IMG/VR virus record: IMGVR_UViG_3300026413_000011
Span: 1 to 64,000 of that record
DNA: 64,000 nt
From: an uncultured virus (IMG/VR IMGVR_UViG_3300026413_000011)
Taxonomy: Duplodnaviria > Heunggongvirae > Uroviricota > Caudoviricetes
Reading direction: 5' to 3' (one strand)
In this document: piece after piece, positions 40,497-50,112 of the stretch
Position numbering within the stretch: position 1 is the stretch's first letter
Layout: every line of letters begins with the position of its first letter
Notes under the pieces: model-generated
What the model was told of the DNA's origin: nothing
Database searches by the model: none
The model's input: only the letters and a program-made list of their open reading frames with translations
Translations under genes and position numbers: made by a program

Positions 40497-41437
40497 CACA
40501 GAATCTGAAGTTGATCGTTACTCAGGAGGGATTGGGTCACTCCCAGTCCTTCCCTACCGAAATCCGCGATGGGCGAATGTTCCCTGCGGGTGAAGTGAAC
40601 GTATCTATCCCACGTGAGGATGTACATGGTCGCAAGGGTGTCTGGTATAAAGGCGAGACTTATCGCATTGTAGCTGCTCTACCTGACGCAGCTGCTGCTT
40701 GGTCTTTGATCATGGCTGTTAACGCTATCCGTGAAAACGCGACCGTAGCTAACCCACAGATTACTCTGGACATCGGCTACATGCCATACGCTCGTCAAGA
40801 CCGTGTGTGCAATCCAGGTGAAGCGAATTCAGCTAAGGCGTTTGCCCACGTCATCAACAGTTTGAATGTTGAGCGTGTTGTTCTGACAGACCCTCACTCT
40901 GACGTGATTGGTTCGGTGCTGAACAATGCTCGTGTGTTCTCGCTGAATGATCTGTTCCGCAAGCACATGCTAGATATCGGCAGTGTCGATCGAATCAACC
41001 CAGCTAAGACCATCTTGGTTGCTCCAGATGCTGGTGCACGTAAGAAAGTCGAATCGCTGGCAAAGGAATTCGGCTTCAAAGGTGTTGTGTACGCTAACAA
41101 GGTACGTAACACTCGTGACGGCAAGATCCTGCGCACTACTGTAGACAGCTTTGTTTGCGGTGAAGAAGTTCTGGAACTCGATGAACTCCGCGGCGAAGAA
41201 CTGTTGATCGTTGATGACATCTGTGATGGTGGCCGTACCTTCACTGAGCTCGCTAAGGTCCTGAAGCAATATGACCTGGGTTCGTTGTCGCTCTACGTCA
41301 CTCACGGCATCTTCTCGGCTGGCATCAATGTGTTGACCGATGTCTTCGACAAAGTTTACACCATGAATACCTATCACGTGGATCTGCCTTCCCGTGAGAA
41401 CAATCCTGAAAACCTGATCGCATTCAAGCACCTCTAA
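40493..41437 (+). CDS. PRPP-synthetase-family protein (probable ADPR-PP synthetase, Adps)
   Basis: FPAGE, YMPYARQDR, DPHS, VAPDAGA, IVDDICDGGRTF, THGIFS. Confidence 0.9.
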   Translation: MTQNLKLIVTQEGLGHSQSFPTEIRDGRMFPAGEVNVSIPREDVHGRKGVWYKGETYRIVAALPDAAAAWSLIMAVNAIRENATVANPQITLDIGYMPYARQDRVCNPGEANSAKAFAHVINSLNVERVVLTDPHSDVIGSVLNNARVFSLNDLFRKHMLDIGSVDRINPAKTILVAPDAGARKKVESLAKEFGFKGVVYANKVRNTRDGKILRTTVDSFVCGEEVLELDELRGEELLIVDDICDGGRTFTELAKVLKQYDLGSLSLYVTHGIFSAGINVLTDVFDKVYTMNTYHVDLPSRENNPENLIAFKHL

Positions 41438-41446
41438 GGATTCAAC

Positions 41447-43273
41447 ATGTCTGCACTTTGGCTTCAAGCTGGTACCGGTACTGACTTCTACAAACCAGGC
41501 CACGGTCCTCTGTACCCGGAAGGCACCACCCGTAAGTATTCGAACTTCACCCCGCGTTCGGCCAAGAACTTCATGCGCTCGAAATCGGCTTCGTCGTACT
41601 ACGACAACAAAGTCGTAAACTTCGGTATCTACGGTACCTGGCAAGAACTGGTTGAGCTGTGGGATCGTACCTTCTTCAAGGTCGAAAAAGAGAAGGCCAT
41701 CAAGAAGATCAAGCGTCGCTTCGACAATGCTTGTGGTGTTGATGTCATCTCGGTCAAACAGATCGCTGCACTGCATGACGTAGGCTACCTGCCTGTAACC
41801 GTGCTGGCTCTGGAAGAAGGCAAACGCGTTAACATCGGTATTCCGCTGTGGGTACTGTACAACGAAGAAGAGCACAAAGAACACTACTGGTTGGTTAACT
41901 ACCTGGAAACCATCCTGTCGTCGTACAACTGGCAGCAAATTACCAACGCCACTATCGCCTACGAATATCGTCGTGTGATGGAACGTTGGGCAGCCAAGAC
42001 CTGTGATAACCGTGACCACATCCTGTTCCAAGGTCACGACTTCTCGTTCCGTGGTATGCCTGGTCCAGAAGCTGCTGGTCGTTCTAACGGTGGTCACCTG
42101 CTGGCATTCGCTGGTACCGATACCATCCCGTCGATCGACTACCTCGAAGCGCTGTACGGTGCTGATTCCGATAAGGAACTGGTAGGTGCTTCGGTTACTG
42201 CTACTGAGCACGCCGTAGCTACTGCGAATATCCTGTCGCGCCTGCAAGACATGTTGGAAGCTATTGATCCAGCTGAACTGGCAGCAATGCCACACGAGCA
42301 ATACGTTGGTTTGATCGATCGTCTGAAACTACAGTGTGAACGTGAGTTCATCCTGGAGATCATCAGCAAGAAAGTCAACGAAGGTATCGTGTCGCTGGTA
42401 TGTGACTCGTTCGACTTCTGGGGTGTGATTGCAAACGTACTGCCTTCTCTGCGGGTAGAGATTGAAGCACGTAAGAAGAACGCTCTGGGTCTGGCGAAAG
42501 TCGTAGTGCGTCCTGACTCGGGTGATCCTGTTAAAGTCATCACTGGCTTTACCTTGGTCGAATACGAGTCGATGTCAGCATTCCAACAGGCATTGTACAA
42601 CATCGGTTGGTGTGCAGTCAATGGCGAAGCTATTCGCATCGGTGATCGCTATTTCGAGTTGGACAACCAAGACTATATTGGGAATGATCCTGATAGTTAC
42701 ATTGGTCGTGAGATGTCTCGTGCGGAAGCGATCGGTGCAATTGAATCGCTGTGGGAATCCTTCGGTGGTCACGTAAACGGAAAGGGCTACAAAGTCCTGA
42801 ACGAATACATCGGCCTGATCTATGGTGACTCGATCACTGTAGAACGCACCGAACAGATCTTCCAGCGCCTGGCTAACAAAGGTTTCGCTTCGTCGAACGT
42901 CGTGTTGGGTATCGGTTCGTATACCTATCAGTATAACACTCGCGACACCTTCGGTATGGCTATGAAAGCTACCGCGTGTGAAGTGCGTGAACGTCTGGTG
43001 GAACTGTACAAAGATCCGAAGACTGCTGCATCGAAGAAATCGGCTCGTGGTTTCCTGCGGGTAGATGAAGATTGCTTCGACTTCAAGCTGGCACAAGGCG
43101 TCGACATGGATTGGCTGGATCTGGCTACCAAGTCTGGCGAACTGAAACCTCTGTGGATGGGTGGTCAATTCGTTCACACCACTACTCTGGCTAACATGCG
43201 CAACTACATCGAAGAATCCATCGCTGATGAGATGGAAGAATTCGATCTGGATGAACTGGTAGTCGAAGCCTAA
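41447..43273 (+). CDS. Nicotinamide phosphoribosyltransferase-family protein (probable Namat)
   Basis: TDFYK..H, HDFSFRG, GTDT, ATEH, SLVCDSFD, VRPDSGDP, IYGDSIT, RDTFG.AMKAT. Confidence 0.92.
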   Translation: MSALWLQAGTGTDFYKPGHGPLYPEGTTRKYSNFTPRSAKNFMRSKSASSYYDNKVVNFGIYGTWQELVELWDRTFFKVEKEKAIKKIKRRFDNACGVDVISVKQIAALHDVGYLPVTVLALEEGKRVNIGIPLWVLYNEEEHKEHYWLVNYLETILSSYNWQQITNATIAYEYRRVMERWAAKTCDNRDHILFQGHDFSFRGMPGPEAAGRSNGGHLLAFAGTDTIPSIDYLEALYGADSDKELVGASVTATEHAVATANILSRLQDMLEAIDPAELAAMPHEQYVGLIDRLKLQCEREFILEIISKKVNEGIVSLVCDSFDFWGVIANVLPSLRVEIEARKKNALGLAKVVVRPDSGDPVKVITGFTLVEYESMSAFQQALYNIGWCAVNGEAIRIGDRYFELDNQDYIGNDPDSYIGREMSRAEAIGAIESLWESFGGHVNGKGYKVLNEYIGLIYGDSITVERTEQIFQRLANKGFASSNVVLGIGSYTYQYNTRDTFGMAMKATACEVRERLVELYKDPKTAASKKSARGFLRVDEDCFDFKLAQGVDMDWLDLATKSGELKPLWMGGQFVHTTTLANMRNYIEESIADEMEEFDLDELVVEA

Positions 43274-43279
43274 TTGGAA

Positions 43280-43318
43280 GGGGACCTTCGGGTCCCCAAC
43301 CTCTATTTTTCTTTTATG
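43280..43318 (+). terminator. Hairpin terminator
   Basis: GGGGACC-TTCG-GGTCCCC then T-rich tract. Confidence 0.75.
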
Positions 43319-43333
43319 TCGTTAGGAGCTGAA

Positions 43334-43921
43334 ATGAGCTGCTGTGAAGATTGCAAGAAGGATGTAAGTAACCGGGTTGAATTCGACGTGGATGTTCACT
43401 TCGATATCTCTACTACTATTACTGAGCGGGATATCATTGGTGAAGACGTCGACTTCGTTAGCGGTATTTTGTTGACTGCTGATGGCGCTATGCCGAAAGG
43501 TGGGTTCCAGATTCAGTTCCACAGTTATGGTGATCGAAAGCACATCAACATCTACCGTAATCGGTTGCCTTTCGATGAACTCATGGCTACCATCCAGTTC
43601 AACTCCTCGACTGGTGGGTTGAAGGTTGAGAAATTTTCGCTGGTTGAATTCGCGAAAGTTCGTTTGACCTTTACGAAAAAGCACATTGAAAAGAAACCAT
43701 ACCTGGAACTAGGCGATGGTGTTTATCGCGTACCGGATTACCTCGCAGGTATCCATCTGAGCAATGACCTGGATATCTGGGACAGTACGTTGGTAGCTGT
43801 GCAACGGGGCTTTCGTGAGAACACGGAATGGCCAGTGTTGCTACTACACCATGATCAAGCCCTCTGTGTGTTGTTCAACCCAACCCACGATACCTGGAAA
43901 AATGACGCACTGTGGCAATAG
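43334..43921 (+). CDS. Hypothetical protein
   Basis: AGGAG SD before ATG 43334. Confidence 0.75.
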   Translation: MSCCEDCKKDVSNRVEFDVDVHFDISTTITERDIIGEDVDFVSGILLTADGAMPKGGFQIQFHSYGDRKHINIYRNRLPFDELMATIQFNSSTGGLKVEKFSLVEFAKVRLTFTKKHIEKKPYLELGDGVYRVPDYLAGIHLSNDLDIWDSTLVAVQRGFRENTEWPVLLLHHDQALCVLFNPTHDTWKNDALWQ

Positions 43922-43944
43922 TGTGTTATTAACAGGGGACTACA

Positions 43945-45345
43945 ATGGAACAATATCATTCTTACCTTGAAGAAATCCTGCAAGACGGCGTTCCTAAAGG
44001 TGATCGTACAGGCACTGGCACTACATCTAAGTTTGGGGTAGTACGTCGTTACGATATCAGCAACAATCGCTTGGCTGCTGTGCAATCCAAAAAGCTGCAC
44101 CTGAAGACTGGCTTCGTTGAAGAAGACTGGATGTTGTCTGGCGATACTAACGTTAAGTTCTTGAAAGAGAACAATGTTAGCATTTGGGACGAATGGGTTA
44201 AAGCTGGTACAGGTGTGTATCGTCCAGCTACTCAGAAGGAGATGGAACGCAATTACCGCCGTACACACTTCGGATGGAAAGATCCATACCACAGCGCCTA
44301 TAACCCACAGGCCCAGCCAGAAGGTGAATTGGTAGGGGACAACGATCACTTCGTTGTTTATGTGTTCCCCGGTCAGGCGTACGCTATCTACCATAAGCAT
44401 CCAGCAGAAACCGGTCGAATGGAATGTGACTATTCCCATAGTGCTTGGTCGATTTTCTATGAGATGGTTGGTGTCCCAACGCAGACCGTAGTGGAAGGCG
44501 AACTCGGTGCAGTATACGGACAGATGTTCCGTAGCATCGAAGACACTCGTCTGATTGCGGATACTGATGAACTACAACCGTATTTGGATCGCGGCTTTGT
44601 GATGGTTGGTGAAGTCACTGGTAAACCACTAGCGGTTATTACTCGTCGTATTGACCAATTCACTGATCTGATCGATGGGTTACGTGAGAATCCGGATTCT
44701 CGTCGTCACATTCTGTGTCCATGGAACCCAGCTTATCTCGATGAGCAAGCGTTACCACCATGCCATTCGTTCATCCAGTTCTGGACTCGTGAACTGAGTG
44801 TGAATGAGCGCTGGATGATCATGAAGGTACAGTATAACGAAGCTCTAAGTCAACACATCCAGATGTTGAAGCATGGTCCTGAGCAAAGTGAAACTCCAGA
44901 CTACCCAATCACTGAACCCCTACCGCATGAAGCGTTTGTGAGAAAGCGTGACGAGTGTGTGCATTTGGATGAAGATAAAATGCACAGTTACATGGATAGT
45001 CGCCTGATCCCACGCCGTGCATTGAAGTGTCTGGTGTACATGCGTAGTAACGATGCATTCCTGGGTGCGCCGTATAATCTTACGTTCTATTCTTCGCTGA
45101 CCCACAAGATCGCCCATGAACTGAACTACTGGGGTGAGGAACTGATTCACGTTGTAGGTGATGCACATATCTACAACAACCATCAAGCCCAAGTAACTAC
45201 CCAGCTCTATCGTACACCTCGTGAGATGCCTCGACTGAAGATCAACCAACCTGTAGGTACATCGGTGCTGGATCTGACGTGGCGTGACCTGGAAGTAATC
45301 GGTTACGATCCTGATCCTGCTATCGAAGCCCCCGTAGCTGTTTAA
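43945..45345 (+). CDS. thyA: Thymidylate synthase with large insertions
   Basis: DRTGTGT, IWDEW, LGAVYG, DSRR, ALPPCH, RSND, PYN, GDAHIY. Confidence 0.95.
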   Translation: MEQYHSYLEEILQDGVPKGDRTGTGTTSKFGVVRRYDISNNRLAAVQSKKLHLKTGFVEEDWMLSGDTNVKFLKENNVSIWDEWVKAGTGVYRPATQKEMERNYRRTHFGWKDPYHSAYNPQAQPEGELVGDNDHFVVYVFPGQAYAIYHKHPAETGRMECDYSHSAWSIFYEMVGVPTQTVVEGELGAVYGQMFRSIEDTRLIADTDELQPYLDRGFVMVGEVTGKPLAVITRRIDQFTDLIDGLRENPDSRRHILCPWNPAYLDEQALPPCHSFIQFWTRELSVNERWMIMKVQYNEALSQHIQMLKHGPEQSETPDYPITEPLPHEAFVRKRDECVHLDEDKMHSYMDSRLIPRRALKCLVYMRSNDAFLGAPYNLTFYSSLTHKIAHELNYWGEELIHVVGDAHIYNNHQAQVTTQLYRTPREMPRLKINQPVGTSVLDLTWRDLEVIGYDPDPAIEAPVAV

Positions 45346-45352
45346 CGTCAAA

Positions 45353-45379
45353 AAGGCTCTCCTTCGGGAGAGCTTTATG
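45353..45379 (+). terminator. Hairpin terminator
   Basis: GGCTCTCC-TTCG-GGAGAGCT then TTATG. Confidence 0.75.
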
Positions 45380-45391
45380 TCTGGAGGTAAC

Positions 45392-45610
45392 ATGTCTGTA
45401 CTAGCCGAAGCAGGAATCGCGTTAGCATCCATAGGTACACTGGGTATGATTGTAATCGTACTGGTGGCAATACTGCAATCCGACAAAAAGAAGTACAAAG
45501 AAATATTTAGCTGGTGGTATGTTCCCCCACTTGTCGCAATAAGCGCTTGGTGCACATTGTACCTGGTTAGCTTATTCAGCTCAACCCCTCTTAAATGGAT
45601 CTGGCAATGA
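45392..45610 (+). CDS. Small two-TM membrane protein
   Basis: GGAGG SD before ATG 45392; two hydrophobic helices. Confidence 0.7.
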   Translation: MSVLAEAGIALASIGTLGMIVIVLVAILQSDKKKYKEIFSWWYVPPLVAISAWCTLYLVSLFSSTPLKWIWQ

Positions 45611-46134
45611 CTCGCAAACTTTCGCTTGAAGAACGCATCACCCTTTTCAACCTGACCAAGCATCCTGTATTCTCAGGTTCTCGCGATACTCCAGTTATCC
45701 GTACGGTGGCGGACTATGACAGCATGCTGGTTGTCAGTTCGGATCGAACCATCGATGCTCTGATGAATAAGTTAGACCGTGAGGGTATCCCCGACACAAC
45801 TAACTCCCCTTACTCATTGTATTTCATCGGTGAATGGGTAGCCACAGGTAAACCGCGTCTAGATCTGATGCGTCTTACCCATGATCGTAAGATGCGATTC
45901 ACGTCTAACGAAATGCGGGAACGTGTTTTGAATATGGCGTTGGACGGCGCTTTGAAACGTGATCACATTGCTATGGTTTCTGATGGCAAGGAACTGATTC
46001 ATACTTTCAGTGATGACAAGGTTGAGCGTGAATTGAAAGACGGTGATATGTTGTTTGTTCAATCCGACGTTTATAAGGTCTACGCCGCTTGGGTAAGTAA
46101 TGATACCCGTTCTAAAATCTGCAAGGTGCTATAA
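45595..46134 (+). CDS. Hypothetical protein
   Basis: ORF within the operon; start 45595 or 45607. Confidence 0.7.
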   Translation: MDLAMTRKLSLEERITLFNLTKHPVFSGSRDTPVIRTVADYDSMLVVSSDRTIDALMNKLDREGIPDTTNSPYSLYFIGEWVATGKPRLDLMRLTHDRKMRFTSNEMRERVLNMALDGALKRDHIAMVSDGKELIHTFSDDKVERELKDGDMLFVQSDVYKVYAAWVSNDTRSKICKVL

Positions 46135-46136
46135 GC

Positions 46137-46556
46137 ATGGAATACTTCACTAAGACAACCATTGATTTCACGGATAAACCTGAAGGCTTCCGTCAAGCGC
46201 TGGAGAAGCTCCTGGAGAAACGCGGCGTACATGGGTTGATCTGTGAACTCGGTACTCCTAATCTGCGTATCTATACTGACCCTAAGCGGGTGTTGTGGCG
46301 GATGCGTCAAATCAATCCAGCGTTAGCGTGCGCTGACCTGCATAACCCGGTGTTTGAAGATAACACTGTAACATTCGATGTACGGGCTTATGGTCCTTGT
46401 CGTGATCGTTACGAGTTCGACACTAATCGTGGTGTCAAGTTCGTACTGGCTGCACGCTTGATGAAAGACACAAAAGGAAAGGTCATCGAGATCTGTAACT
46501 TCGACATGATCCCAGAACACCAGCACGTTGATTTTGAATTGGAGAAAGTGAAGTAA
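46137..46556 (+). CDS. Hypothetical protein
   Basis: Tight coupling to its neighbours. Confidence 0.75.
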   Translation: MEYFTKTTIDFTDKPEGFRQALEKLLEKRGVHGLICELGTPNLRIYTDPKRVLWRMRQINPALACADLHNPVFEDNTVTFDVRAYGPCRDRYEFDTNRGVKFVLAARLMKDTKGKVIEICNFDMIPEHQHVDFELEKVK

Positions 46557-46942
46557 TGGAAAAGCTGTTGATGTTTCTGTCTATGGTGGGCGGTGAAGCA
46601 AAACGCCGTAAGCCTAAAGACACCCCGTGGTTCTGGTTCCTGAGTAACGGATTCTCGAACTTTCTGATCGTATCCATCGTGTGGGTATGGTGGGTGTGTT
46701 CGTGGCCTTGGCGTGGTTGGTCGTGGGAACGCTCTACCGTGGGTAAACTTGAGATCGATAAGAAGGATCATCCTTACTCGGTTGACAAGATTATCAAGCA
46801 CATCAAGGAATCTTATCCCGATGATACTGAACTAACCATTGCTCGTTACCCAAGTTTTAGTATCGGCCATGACGTGTGGAAGTTTAAAGTCTATGGTGGT
46901 GTTAGTAACGACAAAGCCCATACGTTCCGCGTGAGCTGCTAA
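46556..46942 (+). CDS. Putative membrane protein
   Basis: Trp-rich hydrophobic segment. Confidence 0.7.
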   Translation: MEKLLMFLSMVGGEAKRRKPKDTPWFWFLSNGFSNFLIVSIVWVWWVCSWPWRGWSWERSTVGKLEIDKKDHPYSVDKIIKHIKESYPDDTELTIARYPSFSIGHDVWKFKVYGGVSNDKAHTFRVSC

Positions 46943-47007
46943 AAAGTACTCGTGTTGATTATTGATTGCAGAGGAATCTGCTTTCAATATCTCACGAGGA
47001 AAATGCA

Positions 47008-48306
47008 ATGACCGAAGTGGTTGTAGAAGAAAAGCCAATCCGTGAAGGTTTTGGTGTTGTAGAAAAAGATCGCAAGCTGGCCCGCATTGTTGAAATTGAC
47101 GATGTGGTTCCGCACCCCAATGCCGATGCACTGGAGCTGGCTGTAATTGGTGGCTGGCAACTGTGTGTTAAGCTGGGCGAATACAAGAAAGGTGATCGCG
47201 CTATTTACTGCGAGATTGACTCTCTGCTCCCGCTGTCCAACGTAGAACTGTTTGGTTTCCTGGAAGCTCGTCGTTCCGATAACCGTCGGGTTAACGGTGA
47301 GAACTACCACCGTCTGAAAACCATCAAGCTGCGTAAGGAACTGTCGCAAGGTCTGCTGGTGCCAGTACCTGAGAAGTTCAAGGATACTCCGGTTGACACT
47401 AACGTGACCCTGGAACTCGGTATCCTGAAGTACGAACCTAAGCCTCAACGTGAGCGTGATGGTTCGGGTGGCGAAGTAGCCTCGGACTGGTATGGTAATC
47501 TCGTTCGCCGTATCCTGAAAGGTCTGGATGGTTCTCTGATGCCATGGCCTGCCCAACTGACCAAGTCGGATCAAGATCGTGTACAGAACAAGACTGTTGC
47601 TTTCGCTACTGCAAAAGCAGATCAGACCTCGTTTGAAGTAACCTACAAGCTGGATGGTTCTTCGATGACTGTGTTCTGCATCAACGACGATGGTGTACGT
47701 ACTGGTGTCTGCTCGCGTAACTACGAGCTGTCGCTGGGTGACGATGCTCCTTGGTCGCTGTTTGATCAAGTCCGTTATTGGACTGGTTCGTTCCTGGCTC
47801 GTAACCGTAAGATGTTCAAAGTTAAACGCATACACTGGCCTGAATGGCGGAAGGCTGCACTGGTAACTGAGAACAACTTCACCCGTTACGTGAAAGAACA
47901 CGAAGTCATCCAGAAGCTGAAAGCCTACCAAGCTCGTACTGGTGAGTTCATCACTCTCCAAGGTGAGCTGATCGGTCCTGACATCCAATCGAACTTCGAG
48001 GGTGTCGAGAAACACGAATACTACGTCTTCTCGGTATACCGCAATGGTAGCGAAGAAGTCCTGCCGGATGAAGCTCGTCGCATCGTAGCTGAAATCGGTC
48101 TGACCTACGTTCCGGTATTCGATGAGAACTTCGTCATCGGTGCTGAAACTACCGTCAAGGATATCCTGGAAATGGCTGAGGGCCAACGTGCCTTTAACCA
48201 GAAGAAAGGTACCTACCGTGAAGGTCTGGTATTCAAAGCACGTAACAAGATCATGTCGTGGAAGTCGATCTCGAACTCCTACCTGCTGAAGAAAGCTGAC
48301 GAATAA
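47008..48306 (+). CDS. RNA ligase (Rnl2/DRB0094-like, with N-terminal OB-like domain)
   Basis: HPNADALE, YCEIDS, SQGL, KLDGSS (motif I), QGELIG, REGLVFK, KSISNSYL; GAGGA SD before ATG 47008. Confidence 0.9.
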   Translation: MTEVVVEEKPIREGFGVVEKDRKLARIVEIDDVVPHPNADALELAVIGGWQLCVKLGEYKKGDRAIYCEIDSLLPLSNVELFGFLEARRSDNRRVNGENYHRLKTIKLRKELSQGLLVPVPEKFKDTPVDTNVTLELGILKYEPKPQRERDGSGGEVASDWYGNLVRRILKGLDGSLMPWPAQLTKSDQDRVQNKTVAFATAKADQTSFEVTYKLDGSSMTVFCINDDGVRTGVCSRNYELSLGDDAPWSLFDQVRYWTGSFLARNRKMFKVKRIHWPEWRKAALVTENNFTRYVKEHEVIQKLKAYQARTGEFITLQGELIGPDIQSNFEGVEKHEYYVFSVYRNGSEEVLPDEARRIVAEIGLTYVPVFDENFVIGAETTVKDILEMAEGQRAFNQKKGTYREGLVFKARNKIMSWKSISNSYLLKKADE

Positions 48307-48310
48307 CATC

Positions 48311-48334
48311 GAGCCACCTTCGGGTGGCTTTATG
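48311..48334 (+). terminator. Hairpin terminator
   Basis: GAGCCACC-TTCG-GGTGGCTT then TATG. Confidence 0.75.
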
Positions 48335-48347
48335 CCAATAGAGGAAA

Positions 48348-48539
48348 ATGAAGATGAGCTGTGATGGCCTGACTAATCGAGCGGTATACGAGTATCGCCA
48401 AGAACAAAAGAAGAACCGCAAGTATAGCCCATGGAAGTGGGTAACAGCAATTGTGATTGGTGCAATGCTGGCAGGGTGCACATACTTTGCGTTGAACTAC
48501 ACTGTGGTTGAACGATTCCAGCTGGAGCAACGTCGTTGA
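48348..48539 (+). CDS. Small membrane protein
   Basis: GAGGA SD; one TM. Confidence 0.65.
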   Translation: MKMSCDGLTNRAVYEYRQEQKKNRKYSPWKWVTAIVIGAMLAGCTYFALNYTVVERFQLEQRR

Positions 48540-48832
48540 AATATCTTATCGCTTTAGCAGTACTGTTGTCAATAGCGGGTTGTGATGTACGCAAAGCAGA
48601 ATTCGTTGTTAACGGTACGTTGACAGGATCTACCTGCAAGCATTACAAAGTTGTTCCACGTTACGGCGAACCTTACCCAGCCGTAATGGATTGCTTAGCT
48701 GTGGTTGAATCCGAGGAAGGTAAGACACAGGCTTTCCCTGTTGAAGCAGAGTACGATAAGTTGCTGGGTAAACCTGTAACTGTCGTTAACGTGAAGGAAG
48801 GTGAATTCCGAATCCTGGAGATTACCAAATGA
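48536..48832 (+). CDS. Putative lipoprotein
   Basis: Lipobox IAGC after a hydrophobic leader. Confidence 0.7.
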   Translation: MKYLIALAVLLSIAGCDVRKAEFVVNGTLTGSTCKHYKVVPRYGEPYPAVMDCLAVVESEEGKTQAFPVEAEYDKLLGKPVTVVNVKEGEFRILEITK

Positions 48833-49236
48833 CTGAACAACCTAAAGTTATACGACGACTGAAGACCTTTGTAACCATTACCGATAAACACGGTATTGTC
48901 TATGACGGTCTGCAACTCGGCCTGGCTGAAAAGTGTGGCGGTAAACCTGGTTACGACGGTGAGATGATTTACGTCACCAAAGCGTACGAGGAATGGTCGC
49001 CTGAAAAGAAAGCCGCTCTTAGCAAACAAGTTTTCATCTCTCACCGTGCACCTGTCGATTACATTATCTGGGAAGTTACACATGGCGATAACGACCAATA
49101 CGTCACCACTCTTTATCCGGGCGATCTCCTTCTGTTCATCGATGGCTCGTTTGTACCGTACATCGGCGAACAAGTTAAGCTTGGCTTTAATGTCACGAAA
49201 GAAACTCGAGAGCTTCCTCCAGAACCAAACACTTGA
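48829..49236 (+). CDS. Hypothetical protein
   Basis: GGAG SD, ATGA overlap. Confidence 0.75.
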   Translation: MTEQPKVIRRLKTFVTITDKHGIVYDGLQLGLAEKCGGKPGYDGEMIYVTKAYEEWSPEKKAALSKQVFISHRAPVDYIIWEVTHGDNDQYVTTLYPGDLLLFIDGSFVPYIGEQVKLGFNVTKETRELPPEPNT

Positions 49237-49516
49237 ACACTCGGTTATTCGTGAACGCTGCAACAACAGCGGTCGACTAGCTTTCCGTTGGGATGGCTTC
49301 AGTCGCACTGCACTGGAAAGCTTCGTAGGTCCGTATGCACAGTACCGATTCCACCGTAATGGCGATGCTATCGTAACTGTCGGTTATGGTAGCCTGCATC
49401 TCAAACCCGGATACTACATCTGGGATGACAGTGATGGCTATGATAGTGGATCACCTGAGCAATTGCAAGAACAATTCGAGATTATCAAACATGGCGGGCC
49501 AGGAACACTACGTTGA
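49190..49516 (+). CDS. Hypothetical protein
   Basis: Overlapping operon ORF; start uncertain. Confidence 0.6.
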   Translation: MSRKKLESFLQNQTLEHSVIRERCNNSGRLAFRWDGFSRTALESFVGPYAQYRFHRNGDAIVTVGYGSLHLKPGYYIWDDSDGYDSGSPEQLQEQFEIIKHGGPGTLR

Positions 49517-49703
49517 CATGCTAGCGACAATCCATGCGAATCCCCAAGTGGGATTACAAATGGATTCCATGTTGGGTATGTCCCCTAAATATCGTAAAAG
49601 GATGATGCGTGATGGGCGAAACACTGTTACCGACCCTGGAAGAACGGGCGATAGAAAACAAGAAGTGGATGACGGAGTGGCGGAAAGCCTTAACCGATCC
49701 TAA
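49491..49703 (+). CDS. Small hypothetical protein
   Basis: Fills a gap; overlaps its neighbours. Confidence 0.45.
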   Translation: MAGQEHYVDMLATIHANPQVGLQMDSMLGMSPKYRKRMMRDGRNTVTDPGRTGDRKQEVDDGVAESLNRS

Positions 49704-50112
49704 GAACAAAGCCACCATTGATAATGCAATGCATCAACATCCAATGGTGCGTTGGTTCCTAGGTGAAATAGATGGACCTATCCTGGAGCAGTACATTGCT
49801 CTGTTACGGGATTTCCATCGGGTATTCACCACGAATGGTAATGGGCCGCGTGTGGGAGCATCGATTCGGTTTGCTACCTATTACGATATTTGGCTATATC
49901 TGCCGGATGAAACCAAGCAGCGTTATCCAGATGTAATCGAGATCATGACCTATTGGGAAAATCATCCAGCCACGGCTTGCAATGCTGCAATGGTTGTTGC
50001 TAAAGAACATGGCCCAATCATGCTGCCGTATGAACTCGATCATGCGTGGCAGAAACAAGTCCCTCAGTGGTACGAAGGTATCTTTGGTAAGAAGGGTGAA
50101 GTAGATGGCTGA
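49609..50112 (+). CDS. Hypothetical protein
   Basis: AAGGA SD. Confidence 0.7.
   Translation: MMGETLLPTLEERAIENKKWMTEWRKALTDPKNKATIDNAMHQHPMVRWFLGEIDGPILEQYIALLRDFHRVFTTNGNGPRVGASIRFATYYDIWLYLPDETKQRYPDVIEIMTYWENHPATACNAAMVVAKEHGPIMLPYELDHAWQKQVPQWYEGIFGKKGEVDG

Noticed and set aside
40970..42301. Long minus-strand ORFs (also 6066-6800, 39480-40499, 46984-48309, 27776-28648, 59887-60660)
   Set aside because: They mirror well-supported + strand genes with strong codon bias, which suppresses antisense stops; no motifs or SD support.
43945..45345. dCMP hydroxymethylase indicating modified cytosine DNA
   Set aside because: Retains the dUMP-specifying Asn (PYN) and standard ThyA motifs; no glycosyltransferase or other modification genes were recognised nearby.
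48348..48832. Spanin pair (TM protein plus lipoprotein)
   Set aside because: The TM protein lacks a long periplasmic coiled coil and no endolysin or holin is recognisable nearby.
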